A DNA stretch of 64,000 bases from Microthyrium microscopicum (GCA_010405405.1 MU004234.1:1515275-1579274); one strand, 5' to 3'; positions 1 through 13,592 are shown, numbered from the stretch's first letter. Made by a program: numbers and translations. Notes: a model not told the origin generated them from the letters alone.

Positions 1-82
1 ATTGCCTTCGTTCGGGCATTTCTTCCCGGTCGTTGTTGGATCGTACTGGATTTGTTCTGGCGGATGTAGCAGCAGAGCTCAT
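1..82 (-). CDS. Possible 5' end of a gene running off the window (MSSAATSARTNPVRSNNDREEMPERRQ...)
   Basis: ATG at 82 on the minus strand in GCC-ATG context, open to the window edge, preceded by a pyrimidine-rich leader. Too short to identify. Confidence 0.3.
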   Translation of the reverse strand, partial: MSSAATSARTNPVRSNNDREEMPERRQ

Positions 83-3000
83 GGCTCTAGCTGTACTTCG
101 TGGCGGGGGATACATGTTGAATGTGTTTGGCACCGGTCAAGGTACGAATAAGTCGAATAAGGAGGGAGATGGGAGATGAAGAGGCGGCAAGGGAGGTAGG
201 GATAGGACGCTGGGGTGGGCTATGACGGAGATAGAGTGAGTTGACGAGCCATTCCGAAGACGGAGACTTGTTGTAGATGGCTGCTCTCGAGATGGAAGAG
301 ACAAGAAAGGATCGCTCAAGGCCAGAGAAGCAAAGGGATCAGGCAGCAGTCATGATGGAGGTGGACAGAAAGTGATGTCTTGAAGTTGTTGCGGAGATAA
401 CCAGCGCCTCGACGAGCGAGCTATGTCAGGGTTCAAGCTATAACTAGGCTGAGCCGCAGGGACAAGTAGGCAATGCGGGGGTACGGGGGCTGAGAAAAGA
501 GAAATGGATGGAGTAGGAGGATGGCAATGGGCGGTGATGGAATGAGTGGTGAGAGGTAGATGTAGAAGATTTGGGGGATGAAGTTGGAGAATTGGAGAAA
601 GATAGAAAGGGCGATGAGCAATGATGGCAGGCAGAATGGCAGATGGACCTTTGATGGTGGATTTAATGGGGGAAGTGCAGCCAGCAACAGGACCATCCCT
701 GCAACCTCTAGCCGTTGCTTTAGTGAGTAGTCCTTGGTAGTCGTCTGCACAGTGCAAGTACCAGAGTCTACAGCAACCACTTCACCAATCCTAAATCCAA
801 CCAAGCATTTCCCACGATTCAAAAGTGATGCGAAGAGACGTCAACAAAGTGACGACGATGAGATGATCAGAGCTATTCGGTGTCACGCAGCACAACAGAA
901 AGGATCCCCACCAGACTCTACCATCAGCATCATTCAGTCACCCAAGTCTCAAGACTCAGACAAATTTAAAGTACGACTCATTCTAAGATATTACTATCTT
1001 GCTCCTATCTACCCTCGTGCTAGCCTCCTTTTTTGATACTACACTACCTAGAAGCAGTTGATGACTGTACCATTCAGAGCTGCAGCTGCCGCAATGCCGC
1101 GGTCATGGCCTGTCTCGGCGTTTACATGCTAAACTAGCCCAAGAAGAGACGAGCGATTGATCAAAAGACGTGATCATGCTTGATATCAGTTGCCGTGGCC
1201 TGAGTCAAGGGCCCCGAGGGTCCAGAGGGCTCCGATAATCCCATATCTGGGCCCTGAGCCTCCTCCATGTGACTCTTTGCTCTGTAGCCGACGGCCCTCT
1301 GCCACCACTAACTTCACACCTGATTACGGTGGCAACAACTGCTGCTTGTTGATACCATATCAATTCTTCAATGCTGCTCCTTATACAGCGCTTAAAAGCC
1401 AGCAATACTTGCCACTTTCTTTGGTCTGTAAGTTGGGCGAATCTTTACATAAGAGACACGGTGACCGGTTCGGTGTCCGATTAGGAACCGGCCTCAAGGC
1501 ATACTCTTATACTCCAAAGTCCAATGGCGACGAATGGATTATTGCATCTCAGGCTTCTTTTTTGGGGCCAGGCATTGGAGGAAGCCTGGTGAACCAGGAA
1601 CAGGCAGAAGAACGAGCATCGATTGGCATACGGATTCACAGGTCGTTGCAATCGAACAAGCACAAGGCGTACACAGTTTACAGCGCACAACGACAAATGC
1701 AGGCCAAAGGGCCAACAGTCATGAGGGTGGCAGCGTTGAACAAGGTCCCAGCCTTTTTGAATCGGGAAAATATGGAAACTGGCCGGTCCAGCTTCCGATT
1801 CGTCCTCGTGTCTCAACTCTTGATCCATACTGTCACTGCAACCGCATGCATGCTTTTACTCAACATTGAGATATCCCTTACAGGTATACTGACATTGTTA
1901 GCATCAAGTACAATGCCACAGATTAAGCTTTCTAGTAACGAGAAATTGTCAGGAAACAGATCAAGTCAGATCAATCAACCCGAGTCCCATCGGTTATTTT
2001 GCCCATGCTTCGACTCACAAGGCCCTATCGCTTACAATTGCTTGTTTAGTGGACTCTTGAGTGCGCGTAACTTCATCTATCATCATTTCAGACCGATCAA
2101 TCCGACGCATCTCTTCTCCCATCTGTCTGTACTTAACGGGAGCCCGCGCTCATGCACTTTGTAAAGCCGCATTGAGATCCCGATTGGTTTTGCATTCGTG
2201 CCCCTTTCCTGCCCTTTGTATTCTCTCTTGCGCTCTGAGAGAACACAACACCAAACAACTCATCCTGCATTGCAGAACTATAAGTCTATAGGCTGAGTCC
2301 TTTCTTCATTCGACTCTACATTCTTATCTTTCTGATACCGCAAAGGTGTTTGTATTGGCAATGCGTACTGTATACACAGTTCTCTTCAACTGTTGATGCT
2401 TCCACGTCCTCACCGACAATGCAGCGCGTCGCTCGGGGGGTCCAGCTGATGCCCCATGCGAGCTGTCAACAATAAACTACTGCAATTGCGACATGATACC
2501 CACTGCCCCATCGGATGAAACCTTTCTGTTATTACGTTCATTGGGACATATCGCAGTTGACGGGAGCCATTGCACTTCATGGTGAATATCGCACTCGCTG
2601 GGAGACATCGCACTTGGAGGATGCGTGCGATATCGACTTTGTCAACATATCGAGTCTACACCGTCCACCCCTTAATTCAACCTTTCACTAAGCTCCATCG
2701 GCTTTCAGCCGTATGATCATCCGTATTCTTTGCCCACTCATCTCGTCAATGAGAACCTCAATATCCATAAACCTGGCGACGGTTATTAGTGTATCTAAGA
2801 AGCAACAACAGCCGCACCCAATCCCATCTATACGGATAACATCCGTCTTGCCAACCAGGAAGTCACCGGCACACGACCAACACGATGGGTTTTCAGGCCC
2901 TGACCATCCCACCACCGCCAGATTAAATTGTCCAGATCGGTGGAATTTCCCATCCCCAGTATAGCATCATCTCAGAAAAAACGCACCAATCCCAAACAAG

Positions 3001-3698
3001 ACTGGCCCACCCCAGATTGCTCGGCTAACCCACTACTGTATCAACGTGAGCTTGATTGTCCCTGCCACCAGGCCTTCGGAACTTACCACTCTGATTTATC
3101 TACTGTCAGAAATAACATAGATCTCACTTGCTCAAATTGAATCTGGCATCGGGAACACAGGCCCGGTAGCCCTACCTAGCTCTCTACCTCTGCGTTGCAT
3201 TCTGAACTTCAACCCCCGGCCAGGTTACCGATTTAGGTAAGAGCCGCAAGAGACAGCATTTGGAACTTCCGAGCTTCTATACTTGAGCTTGCAATGGAGC
3301 TAGTCTTCCCCGGGCATTTAGTCGTTTCTTGCTGATCGTCCCGCATCGTCTAGAGCTATGGACCTGCAAAGAATGGGGTATATACCGGTGGGTGCGCAGC
3401 CATAGGCTTTTATACAAGGAAAGATATCGGGTGAACCGCTGTTTCCAGTCACAGTATATTGCTGTCAAACGATGTGCCGCATCATCTGCAGTGTCTTGAG
3501 AACGGGCAATCTGACTTCTGCTTGAATTATTCCATCGCTTATTGTTGGTTGGAGTCCTTTGAGCGCAGTTTTCCTGCTTGAAGTGGCGGAATAGAGTTCG
3601 ATTTATATACTATCATGACTGCCGAGTGTTCAGGTGAAACTTGAAACTGTTGTGTCGCTCGTTTGGTTTTGAAACTTGTTTGGTACCAGTCTGACAGT

Positions 3699-5964
3699 AT
3701 GACTTCACGCTCATTATCATGCTGGGCTTCGATAGCTTTGGCATGGCTTGTCATATCTGGATCTGCAACTCCCTTTCCACAGTTTGTGTTTTCACATCTA
3801 TTCCTAGACATCTGCTAATCAAAGGCCTCCATAGTACAACTCAGGATTTAGGAATATCTTCCAATGACAATGAAGAGTACGAATATATTGTCGTGGGCTC
3901 TGGCGCCGGTGGAGGACCGTAAGTTCAATACGCAGCTTATTCATGAATTGCCTGGGTCAATTTCGTGTGTTGCGGAATAGCAAGACACGACAGAGGTTCA
4001 CTGCAGTTCGACAAGTGATGACCACCGTTGTTCTAGCTATAGCGCAGTCATACTAACGTATCTCAAGATTGGCCTCCCGACTCGCGATGAATGGCAAAAA
4101 GGTTCTTCTCCTAGAAGCAGGCGATGATCAAGGAGAGAATCCAAACTCAATGATTCCATCACTACATCCATATTCCACTGAAGATCCTGCCATGTCATGG
4201 GACTTTTACGTACAGCACTACAAGGACCCTAAGACGGCCGCAAGAGACTCGAAAATGACATGGACTACACCCGAGGGCAAAACGTACATAGGATCCAATC
4301 CACCGGCAGGCTCTAAACAAAAAGGCATCTTCTATCCACGGTCTAGCACGCTTGGTGGCTGCACAGCACATAATGCCATGGTCAATGTCTACCCGACAAG
4401 TGAAGACTGGGATGACATTGCTCGAACTACGGGCGATTCGTCATGGAGCGCGCCCAATATGCGCAAGATCTATCAACGTATGGAGAAGTGTGCCTACTTG
4501 CCTAAAGGTGCTCCTGGTCATGGATTTGATGGCTGGTTGGGAACGAACTTGACAGACTCGTCGAATTCGGCTAGTGATACTAAGATTCTTCGCATTGGGT
4601 TGCAGTCTACCATTGCTATGGGCCAGGTGAAACCGGGCACTCTGCAAGAGCGTGGAGCAGACTTCAAGAAGGCATTGGCCGCGGATCTAAACAGCAATTC
4701 GACAAAGCGAGACTCGAGTGAAGGTGTTTTCCCTATCCCACTGGACATCGCCAACAATAAACGTACTGGATCTCGCGACTTCATCATGCAAGTCCTCAAT
4801 GCAAAGAACGCTGACGGCTCAAAGAAGTACCCGGGCTTTACACTCAAGCTCAATCATTTCGTTACAAAAGTCCTCTTCGCACCAACAAACTCCAGCTCAT
4901 CCACCAACTCAACATCCAAGCCACGCGCCGTCGGTGTCGAAGCCCTCGTCGGCGCGCATCTCTACGGTGCGAGCCCCAAATCCACCTCCTCCACCCGCTC
5001 CTCCGCTCAAAAGATCACCATTCGCGCATCCAAAGAAGTAATAATATCAACCGGCACATTCAACACGCCCCAACTCCTCATGCTCTCTGGCATAGGTCCC
5101 CGCGAGCATCTCGCCAAACACTCCATCCCACTCATCGCCCACTCCCCAGGCGTCGGCCGCAATCTCCAAGACCATTTCGAAATCGGCGTAACGCACACCA
5201 CCACCAGCGACTTTGCCTCCTCCGCCGCCTGCACATTCGCCCACCCACCAGCCAACCTAAGCTCCTCCACAGATCCCTGCATGCAAGCCTATCTCAAAGG
5301 TAGTGGACCCTACGCATCATCCAATGGCTTCCCCTTTGGCATCCTACAACGCACATCCGCCGCTGTAGATGCGCGCCCAGACGTGCTCGTTTTCGGCGGA
5401 CCGTCGAGATTTCATGGATATTATCCTGGGTATTCAGGACACGGGTACCAACATCGTTCCTGGACATGGGTCGTTCTCCGCGCCTTCACGACGAATCGCG
5501 CAGGTTATATTGAACTCGCTTCTTCCGATCCACTAACCACACCGATCATCAACACCGCTTTCTTTGCGGACGGGAACAAGACTGCGGACGCAATCGACAT
5601 CCGCGCCATGGCTGATGCCGTTCGACTAGCGCGAAATATATCCAACTCTGTACCCACGCTTTCACCTTCTGAGGGACCAACTGTATTGAATGAAGAGCTA
5701 CCAGGTGTAAGAGGCGGCGATGAGAAAGCAACCGAACAATTCATACGAGATGAGAGTTGGAGCCACCATGCCAGCGGAACAGCAGCGATAGGCAAGGATG
5801 GGGATGAGATGGCGGTCTTGGACAGTAAAATGAGAGTAAGAGGAGTCGATGGCCTGAGGGTGGTAGATGCGAGTGTATTTCCGAAGATACCAGGTTATTT
5901 CGTGGTGGTGCCGACGTATATGGTTGGGGAGAAGGCAGCAGATAGTATATTGACAGGAGCATAG
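3699..5964 (+). CDS. Secreted GMC (AA3) FAD oxidoreductase; exons 3699-3781, 3835-3918, 4068-5964
   Basis: Spliced N-terminus MTSRSLSCWASIALAWLVISGSATPFP is signal-peptide-like. FAD motif YIVVGSGAGGGPLASRLA is rebuilt across intron 3919-4067; also LGGCTAHN, TPQLLMLSGIGP, GVGRNLQDH, catalytic HHASGT, and RVRGVDGLRVVDAS. Confidence 0.93.
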
Positions 5965-6845
5965 ATGATAAGGGCAAGAGCGATAAGAGCATGTCGGAAG
6001 GCTTGGGTCTGTTTGTTCAGATGTACCTACTTTGGTTGGTACCTGGTAGATCTAGATCTAGATTCAGAAATATGTGTAGAGCAACTGTGGCTCAATACGG
6101 GTGCCCTTAGAGATGCACGATGATCAAACCAAGGATAGAAATAGAAACAAGTCATTTACCAACCTACATAATTGAAACCTCGTAAGCTTACATGAAATAC
6201 AATCGATGGCGATGAACAACCCGGGCAGTCAGCGAGAAACATCTACGCAAGGTCAGCAGCGGTGGAGCCGTTGCCAGCGAAGGCAATCATATTGCGCGAC
6301 TTGATGCATCTGGAGAAATACTTTGGAAATGCGCGCTTGTATGTCACGCTAATGTCTCCTTCAAAGCCGAACTATGGAAGCGCTTTCATTGATTGTCAGA
6401 GAGAGATTATGCAGACCAAAGAAGCACCGGATTCGCGACGGGCATCACCACAATACGAGTTGTAACTGTGAACAGATAGGCGAGACCCAATAGGATTGTG
6501 AGCGGAGAGGAAAGTTGAAGCAAAAAGTAAAATTAGCGTTTCATACAATCAATTATACTGATACTTCGAAGCCGGAAACCTGGGTATTCATACAGAAACG
6601 AACAGAACATCTCGACCATGGGACGTACTCATAGCAGCCACAATAGCCATCAAACAATATCAGAACTCAAGAACCGAGCCACCTCTTTCGACTACAAGCC
6701 TCGCCCAACGAAGCTCTCAATCGCTTGTCCAAAGCTACATCTTTCATGCTCAACATCTCAAATCGATCTCTTCGTATACAACTCGCGCCTCCCCTCTCAT
6801 CTTTCACAAACCATCGCCCCTCCCTTTCGTACCAATGCAAGCTAT

Positions 6846-9435
6846 CTAAGCCGTACCGGCCTGGCGCTGCTGTAAATGAGCCGCCAACTTGGTCAAATCG
6901 GACCGTGTTGCTGGCTCCTTCTCAAGAATATCACGCAAGTTTTGCAACTGTACGTCTGTCATATCCGTCACGCTCTGCATAATCTGCGTGACCACCGGCT
7001 CGCGAATATACGGCCCAAGGATTTGAACCGCTAGGGCCGAAAGAACAGCAGGTGGAGTTGGTGAGTGAGACAGAGGAGGTGCAAATTGCGGTGTCATCTG
7101 CGCCACCGGTGAGAAAGACGGGTGACTTTGGTTGACGGGTGTGTGTGGTGGTATTCCAGCATGCATTGGATTAGCTGCGCCCGCCAAAGTCTGAGGGAGT
7201 GGTGTGGCCTGGGGAGTGGACATATTTGACGAGGCACCTTTAGTGCGGACGACAAGGGTGAGGAGGAGCATGGGAGTTTGGCGCACTGGCGGAATCGATT
7301 TGGCCTCGAGCATTTGGATGAAGTGAGGCAGCTTTTCGGGTCCGCCTTCTTCGACGATGACAATGTATACGTCGCGAACAGCCTCATGGCCATGCGTAGC
7401 AAAGACGCCCCAGCGGTTCTTTTCCTTGAAGTACTGGTAGATGCGCTTGAGACCGTCGTCGTCACGATCAGAGGCTGGGAAGAGCGCGAGGCAGCAGACG
7501 TCTGTGGACTGGCTGAAGCGCATGCCGCTAACGTAGTCATCGGCACGCTTGATGTCGATTCTACCATCAATTTCAACATTGGATTTGAGCATATCTTTAT
7601 ATGGGATCTTTTGGCCTATGTCGCCGCCAGCTACCCATCTGGCCACAGCGGTAAAGGAGGAGATGGCGCTCATTTCGATGCCTCCACGCCAGACAATACT
7701 ACTGTCTCCAGTATTGGCAGGAGCGTCATTGTCTTCATTCTTCAGGATCTTGTCAAGATCAGGATCGTCCGCGGCATCTCTCATAGTGACCTCCGGAGCT
7801 CTGCTGATACTTTGTCGCTTTGGTGGTCGTGAGATCATGCCGGCCTTGGCAGGATCAATAGGTTTTACATTAGATAGTACATGTTGAAGGTTGAAATTCG
7901 GTTTTGTGGCAGACGTAGGAGTGACTGCACTTTGCTGTGGGCGATCATAGTCTTCCGGTAACTCAGCGCTTGGTGGCGGACTTCCTGTGTCAATGTGAAC
8001 ATTGGTTGCCTTTTGTTCCATTGTATTTTGGCGGGACGGAGCATGGTATAGACTTTCCGTATTGGATGCATATGTTTCAGAGGGCTCATGAGTTGGTTCA
8101 TCGCCGATGAGTTCGTCACCTTTGTGAGTTTTGCGATATCGCGGACCAGTGTCTTGAGCCAGGATGGCCTGCTTGTCTGCCTCTTCCTTCAAGCGTAGTC
8201 TCTCTTGTTGAAGCTCGTCGCTGAGCATATCCTCAGATGACATATCGGCTAGTTCGCTGGGAAGAAGCGAGCCATCAATAATTTGCTTGAACAAACTGTG
8301 ATTCTTCTTGAGGTTGAATTTGATGGCTCGGAACTGATCTCCATATTGTTTATAGTTATCTGCATGTCTTTTATGCAAAGCATCCTCAATGTCCAACGTC
8401 ATACGAATAGCTAATGATTCCACAGTCTGTCCTGATGGAATGATGTATTGTGACTTTTTCATGGCATTAGGTATGAGTTCTTCAAGTTCTTTTCTTAGCG
8501 CTTTCGCAACAGGAAATCTTTCCTTCGGTAGCTGATCGATACTAGTAATGGTGGGTGTGGCAGGTGTTGGACTCTTGATACGAGGAGCTTCCGAGATGGA
8601 TTTTGCTCGTTTTGCCAACGGTTCTGTAGACTTTTCGGGTTGCGCGCTGGGTGAGGGAGCAGCAGGCGACTTGGCTGGAGTAGAAGAAGATTGCTAATAG
8701 AGATCGATGTCAGTTTGAAGCGGGCTGGATTGTATATTAAGATGATACATACCTTTTGATGGCCATTAGTGATCTCGACAACAGCTTCATACTTACGTTT
8801 AGTCCCCGCTTCGGCAGCAGGAGTTGGTGACTTTTGCGATGGTGGCGCCTTGGGGCTGCTAGCAGCCTCAGATGTTGGTGCATTACTGGGTCGAGCAGAT
8901 TTTCTACCTCCAGTGCTGCCTTTCTTTCCTTTCTTCTTGGGCTTCTTGGACTCGCGACGCTCCAGGATACGCTCTCTCCAAGGTTCTTCACCACGACTCA
9001 TAGCAGCCAGCAGATCTTTGTGGTCGCCGGGCCTACATTGCTCGCAGTAATATTTGTCTGGCAGCTTGTCGTCCTCTTCGGTAATGCCCATGCATAGATT
9101 GTGTTGCCAAGCGGTACATGTTTCGCAGGATATCATCATCCATCCATCTTTGTCTTCAGTCGCGCCGCATATGCAGCGAATAATAGAGTCGTCTTCTTCG
9201 CCAGATTCGTCATCGTCGTTTGCTTTGGAAGAGCGCTTGCCTTTCTTGCCACGCTTAGGGGCGGCGGGAGCTTGTTCGAGATCGTAGATTTTGGTATGCT
9301 GACCTTTAGTCGCGCGACCGGAACGTCTTGGTTCAGCTATGAGACAACTATTAGCATGCTACTGACATAGATAGTCTGAGGAAGGCAGTGTTGGCTGTAC
9401 TCGACAGGCTTGGTACGTTGGAATAGCTTACCCAT
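6846..9435 (-). CDS. BYE1: Bye1-like transcription elongation factor (PHD finger, TFIIS-M, SPOC); exons 9435-9432, 9336-8753, 8693-6846
   Basis: Spliced start MAEPRRSGRATKGQH; PHD motif IRCICG...WMISCETCTAWQHNLC...YYCEQC; TFIIS-central segment QFRAIKFNLKKN...LADMSSEDM; SPOC segment GRIDIKRADDY...KNRWGV...VRDVY. Confidence 0.9.
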
Positions 9436-10288
9436 GGTTTCAGGAGAAAGGATAGTCACTAAGACGGCGGATCAATTCGGTTTAATCGATGATGGATTCA
9501 CAATCACATCTAAAAGCAAGAATGATGTTGACGCGGGGCGAGGACTAAGTCGCGTGTGACAGCTACTATAAGAGAATGAAGCCGCCAAGTTCCCACAGAC
9601 AATTCCTTCCAATTAGACACCGCGAACCCGAGCAGAATCTTTCTTCCTGCGATCCTTGCGAAAGAGACCAAGAAGAAGGCAAGATGTGACTTGCGCCAAA
9701 AGAAATGGAGCCACTGAACAACCTAACTAAAACACCGCAATAGCTTGGCGATCGGAGTTGTTGAGGCTTCGTTACGACGAGCGCACGGTCACGATATTAC
9801 CAATCGAGATGAAAAGATGGTGGTGATGGATTCAGGGTGCAGTTATTGATGAATTGACACGGTGAGAGGTGGGATGGATGAGAAGTGTGAAGAAAGTGGA
9901 GAGCTTCAAGCTTCAGAAAACGAGGTTGACTCCGCATGGCACGTGATGCAATTGCCTCTGGTCTGAAAGCTCGGTTGTTTTCTCTAGAGTCTTGGCAAGA
10001 AAGAGCGCACGGCCAAACTCGAGCCAAGATCTTTGGAGAATCCGAATCAAGTTAAGCGTCCATGCTCGGGCTTAGCCACGTGCCGTTATTTCCGACGCTA
10101 ACCGGTTACATCAACAAGCGTCGATACAGTTCGAGCCAAATCGACATTGAAGCCATGCTTTGAGATGGACCATCATTATCTACTCCACCACATTCTACGC
10201 TCGACACCACCGCTTCTACTCGCCCTTTGTGCTTAAACATGGGCTATCTGAACCCACCAGCCAACGTGCCGTCCATGACCTTCACGAA

Positions 10289-13111
10289 ATGACAGCTTCC
10301 ACTTCCAATAGTTCGCCGATTGGACCATCGCAACATCTGCATACGCCCTGGTCCTCGCGAGATCAGACTCCAACCGCAGTAGACGCTGATTCTGTATCCA
10401 AATCTGGAGACGATCAGTCAGATCTCCATGTTCTGGACAATGGCCATACTGCGATAACGCCACACGAGGCTGTTCAGGCCCATAGTAGTCTGAAATTAAA
10501 ACTTAATACATCCCCGTCTAGTTCTCACAATCCCGAATCCCAAATATCACCGAGTGCCCTGTCACCTGAGAAATCCAATGGCCGTCCTGGTGCTCCGAAT
10601 TACGTGGAACTTCCAAAGATTTCTCTCACAGACTCTACAAATAAACTAGCCAGAAAACTCTCCCCAAAGCAGATCCACGAGCTCACCTCTGTTCCACTCT
10701 CACCAACTCTCACTGCCTCGCTTTCTCCTCCGCTCCCTCCTTTAACTGCCCCACTTCACCAACTAAACGAAAATCTGGAGAACGAATACGAGATTCGTCA
10801 TGAATCTGGTGATGGTATCAGGCAAAAGGAAAGAATAAACGGGATACATCGCGATGAAAGTCCGACCAGGAGAAGGCCTTTCAAGGAGGTACAAGGACCA
10901 ACTCTGGAGAAAGAAATGAAGCTTCTACCAAATGGTAATCGTCCACCTCCCACACGTACGGTGTCAACTCCTCCACTAGTTGGCAGGAAAAGGTCTACAA
11001 AGCAAGAGTCGAAGCGGAGGAGGCAATCGCCAAAGCCTCTGGAATTTTCTGCCGAGAACCGTTCGTCCAACAATGGCTCAATACTCAAAGCGAAAACTCC
11101 AAATTTCGACGCCACACCAACTCCTGCCACTTCTATTCCCCCCTTATCTCTTCCTGTCTATCTACAGCTTGAACTAGATGCTCAACACTCTCCGGCCTTT
11201 GAGATACCATTTGAATCGTCCGCGATCAAGTTTGAGCGATTACGAGATTTTCTTCTTCTCCCTATGCCTTTGGAACATATGCTGTGGTTTGGAACATTCG
11301 CATGTATTGATGCCTGGCTCTACGTATTCACCATATTGCCACTTCGGTTCTGCAAGGCCTCATGGATATTGATACGATGGTGGATGGGCAATGCCTGGAA
11401 AGAAACACATGACATGATCGAGTTTGTTTACCTGGGAGTTGGTCGATTGTGGAGAAGAAGACGTGAGGGGGATGCCTTGTCTGAACCGTCCTCCAGAGAA
11501 AGTTCACGACCTAGAGGTGCCTCACTTTCGAATGGCGCGGTCTCCAGATCCTCGGAAACGCCAGGCGTCATAAGACCTGGACCCGAACCTCGAAGGAAGC
11601 ATGACATCAAGAAACAATTTCGTCACAGAAGAACTAGATCCACGCCTTCACTGCTTCTACCTACCCACAAGGCCGATTTACTTCGTGGCTTTTTAGTATG
11701 TGTAAGCTCACTCATTCTACTTCAACTTGACCCAAGTCGAATGTACCACAACATCCGAGGTCAATCAGCCATCAAGCTTTACGTTATCTATAACGGCCTG
11801 GAAGTCGGAGATCGTCTTCTTTCTGCGCTCGGACAGGACATTCTCGAGTGTCTGTTTTCATCCGAAGTTCTTGAGCGCAACTCGGATGGACGAAGTAAAA
11901 TCATCAGACCTACATACATGTTTCTAATTGCTCTGGCCTACAATGTGGCTCATACAGCAGCACTGCTCTACCAGGTCATTACCCTCAATGTGGCAGTCAA
12001 TTCCTATTCTAACGCATTGCTGACTTTGCTTCTCTCAAATCAATTCGTTGAGATCAAAGGTGCCGTCTTCAAGAAAGTGGAGAAAGACAATTTGTTCCAG
12101 CTCACTTGCGCAGATGTGGTAGAGCGATTCCAACTTTGGCTAATGCTACTCATCATTGCGATGCGAAATATGGTTGAAGTTGGAGGCATCAGTATCAGCA
12201 TTAGCAATACTTTCCAGGCCGCTCCAAACAACGCAAATGCCACCAATGTCCCTTTCAGCACTTCAAGCATATGGCCAACGAGCTTTACAATTTTCCCGCA
12301 GTTCACGGGACAGATTCTAGGGCCCTTTGTCATTGTTCTCGGTAGCGAAATGGTGGTAGATTGGATCAAGCACGCCTATATCAGCAAATTCAATGACACC
12401 AAGCCTAAGCTATATGGAAGATTCCTCGATGTTTTGGCCAAGGACTATTATACTCATGCATTCGGAGACCAGAATTTAATGAAACGAATTGGATTACCTA
12501 CACTGCCTCTAGCCTGTCTCTTTATCAGGACGACCATTCAGACTTATCACATGTTCCTCGCAACTCATATGCCTCTTCCGCTGCCCAGCACCGCAACTTC
12601 TTTGTCGATGGAGTCAGCGAGCGAAGCCAGCACTCCGGCAGCCACGGCAGCACTTGCACACGTGGATCAGCTGTTCCGTCGCGCACTGGGACGCTCTGGT
12701 TACCCGCTTGACCCATCAGCGCCAGCACCATTGTTTTCAGTCTACTTCATGGACGACCTGATCGCGTTTGCTCTTCTATTCCTCGTTTGCCTAGGCGCAT
12801 TTCTGCTCTTGCTAGCAGCGAAGCTAGTCCTCGGCATGATTATGCTGAGATGGGCTCGCTCGCGCTACAAGGGCATGAAAGAACGCACACACGGCCGAAT
12901 TGAAGCTGGTGGCACAAGGCTCGGAGTATCGGCAATGGTCGAGGTGGATGACGAGAAGCGTCGGATGCTGTATGCGGATGACCCGGATGGCCTGGTGAGA
13001 TACTATGATAAACAAGAGAAGATTCGTCGAGACAAAGAAAGGGAAAAGGAGAAGGGACTTGACCTCAATCGTGTAAGAAGATACGATATGGTGGCCAAGC
13101 GGATTTGGTGA
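10289..13111 (+). CDS. EMP65: Emp65/TAPT1 (DUF747) ER multi-pass membrane protein
   Basis: Single long ORF; first ATG at 10289. Family motifs MYHNIRGQSAIKLYVIYN, LNVAVNSYSNALLTLLLSNQFVEIKGAVFKK, ADVVERFQ, VDWIKHAYISKFN, C-terminal RYDMVAKRIW. Confidence 0.9.
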   Translation: MTASTSNSSPIGPSQHLHTPWSSRDQTPTAVDADSVSKSGDDQSDLHVLDNGHTAITPHEAVQAHSSLKLKLNTSPSSSHNPESQISPSALSPEKSNGRPGAPNYVELPKISLTDSTNKLARKLSPKQIHELTSVPLSPTLTASLSPPLPPLTAPLHQLNENLENEYEIRHESGDGIRQKERINGIHRDESPTRRRPFKEVQGPTLEKEMKLLPNGNRPPPTRTVSTPPLVGRKRSTKQESKRRRQSPKPLEFSAENRSSNNGSILKAKTPNFDATPTPATSIPPLSLPVYLQLELDAQHSPAFEIPFESSAIKFERLRDFLLLPMPLEHMLWFGTFACIDAWLYVFTILPLRFCKASWILIRWWMGNAWKETHDMIEFVYLGVGRLWRRRREGDALSEPSSRESSRPRGASLSNGAVSRSSETPGVIRPGPEPRRKHDIKKQFRHRRTRSTPSLLLPTHKADLLRGFLVCVSSLILLQLDPSRMYHNIRGQSAIKLYVIYNGLEVGDRLLSALGQDILECLFSSEVLERNSDGRSKIIRPTYMFLIALAYNVAHTAALLYQVITLNVAVNSYSNALLTLLLSNQFVEIKGAVFKKVEKDNLFQLTCADVVERFQLWLMLLIIAMRNMVEVGGISISISNTFQAAPNNANATNVPFSTSSIWPTSFTIFPQFTGQILGPFVIVLGSEMVVDWIKHAYISKFNDTKPKLYGRFLDVLAKDYYTHAFGDQNLMKRIGLPTLPLACLFIRTTIQTYHMFLATHMPLPLPSTATSLSMESASEASTPAATAALAHVDQLFRRALGRSGYPLDPSAPAPLFSVYFMDDLIAFALLFLVCLGAFLLLLAAKLVLGMIMLRWARSRYKGMKERTHGRIEAGGTRLGVSAMVEVDDEKRRMLYADDPDGLVRYYDKQEKIRRDKEREKEKGLDLNRVRRYDMVAKRIW

Positions 13112-13507
13112 TCATTGATTTTTGTTAACTTCAGCATTCAGCATAGCGCATGGCGGCAACGCAGCTTGAGATAAACTCAGTTTTATCTATTATATTGTCT
13201 TGCATTCCATATTATTTTCACTTTACTCAAGCTAACCATCCATTTTAGTCATATTTCAAGTTGTGACAACTTCAACCCCTGAGCCGACTTCCGCCAAGAT
13301 TCACTCCCCAACACTACAAATTATTCCTCGGCTGCGCAACAACAAGCAATTGATATTGTTCTCGTCTGGTAAACCTATTATGGAGGCTATCCGAACCCGT
13401 CAACCTTCGGGAAAGTTCTGTGGTTGCGAACTCATTGTTCTCATCTCCTCAGGGGAGACAATACTAAGCAGCCTCATTTTGCCAGGGACACAATACTAAC
13501 CACCACC

Positions 13508-13592
13508 ACAAAGTACAACAATCTTTATACCAAGCTTCAAAGATAATTCCCAAATGATCGCCCCTATCAAAAACCCTTTCTCATCCTCAAAG
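13508..13592 (+). promoter_or_regulatory. Cluster of putative HMG-box (MAT1-2-1-type) binding motifs upstream of the pheromone ORF
   Basis: ACAAAG 13508-13513, AACAAT 13517-13522, TTCAAAG 13536-13542 and CAAAG 13588-13592 lie within 85 bp, 160-245 bp upstream of the ATG. These are short motifs in C/A-rich DNA. Confidence 0.4.

Noticed and set aside
10160..10288. TTG-initiated N-terminal extension of EMP65 in the ORF track
   Set aside because: Artefact of the alternative-start ORF caller; a good ATG exists at 10289.
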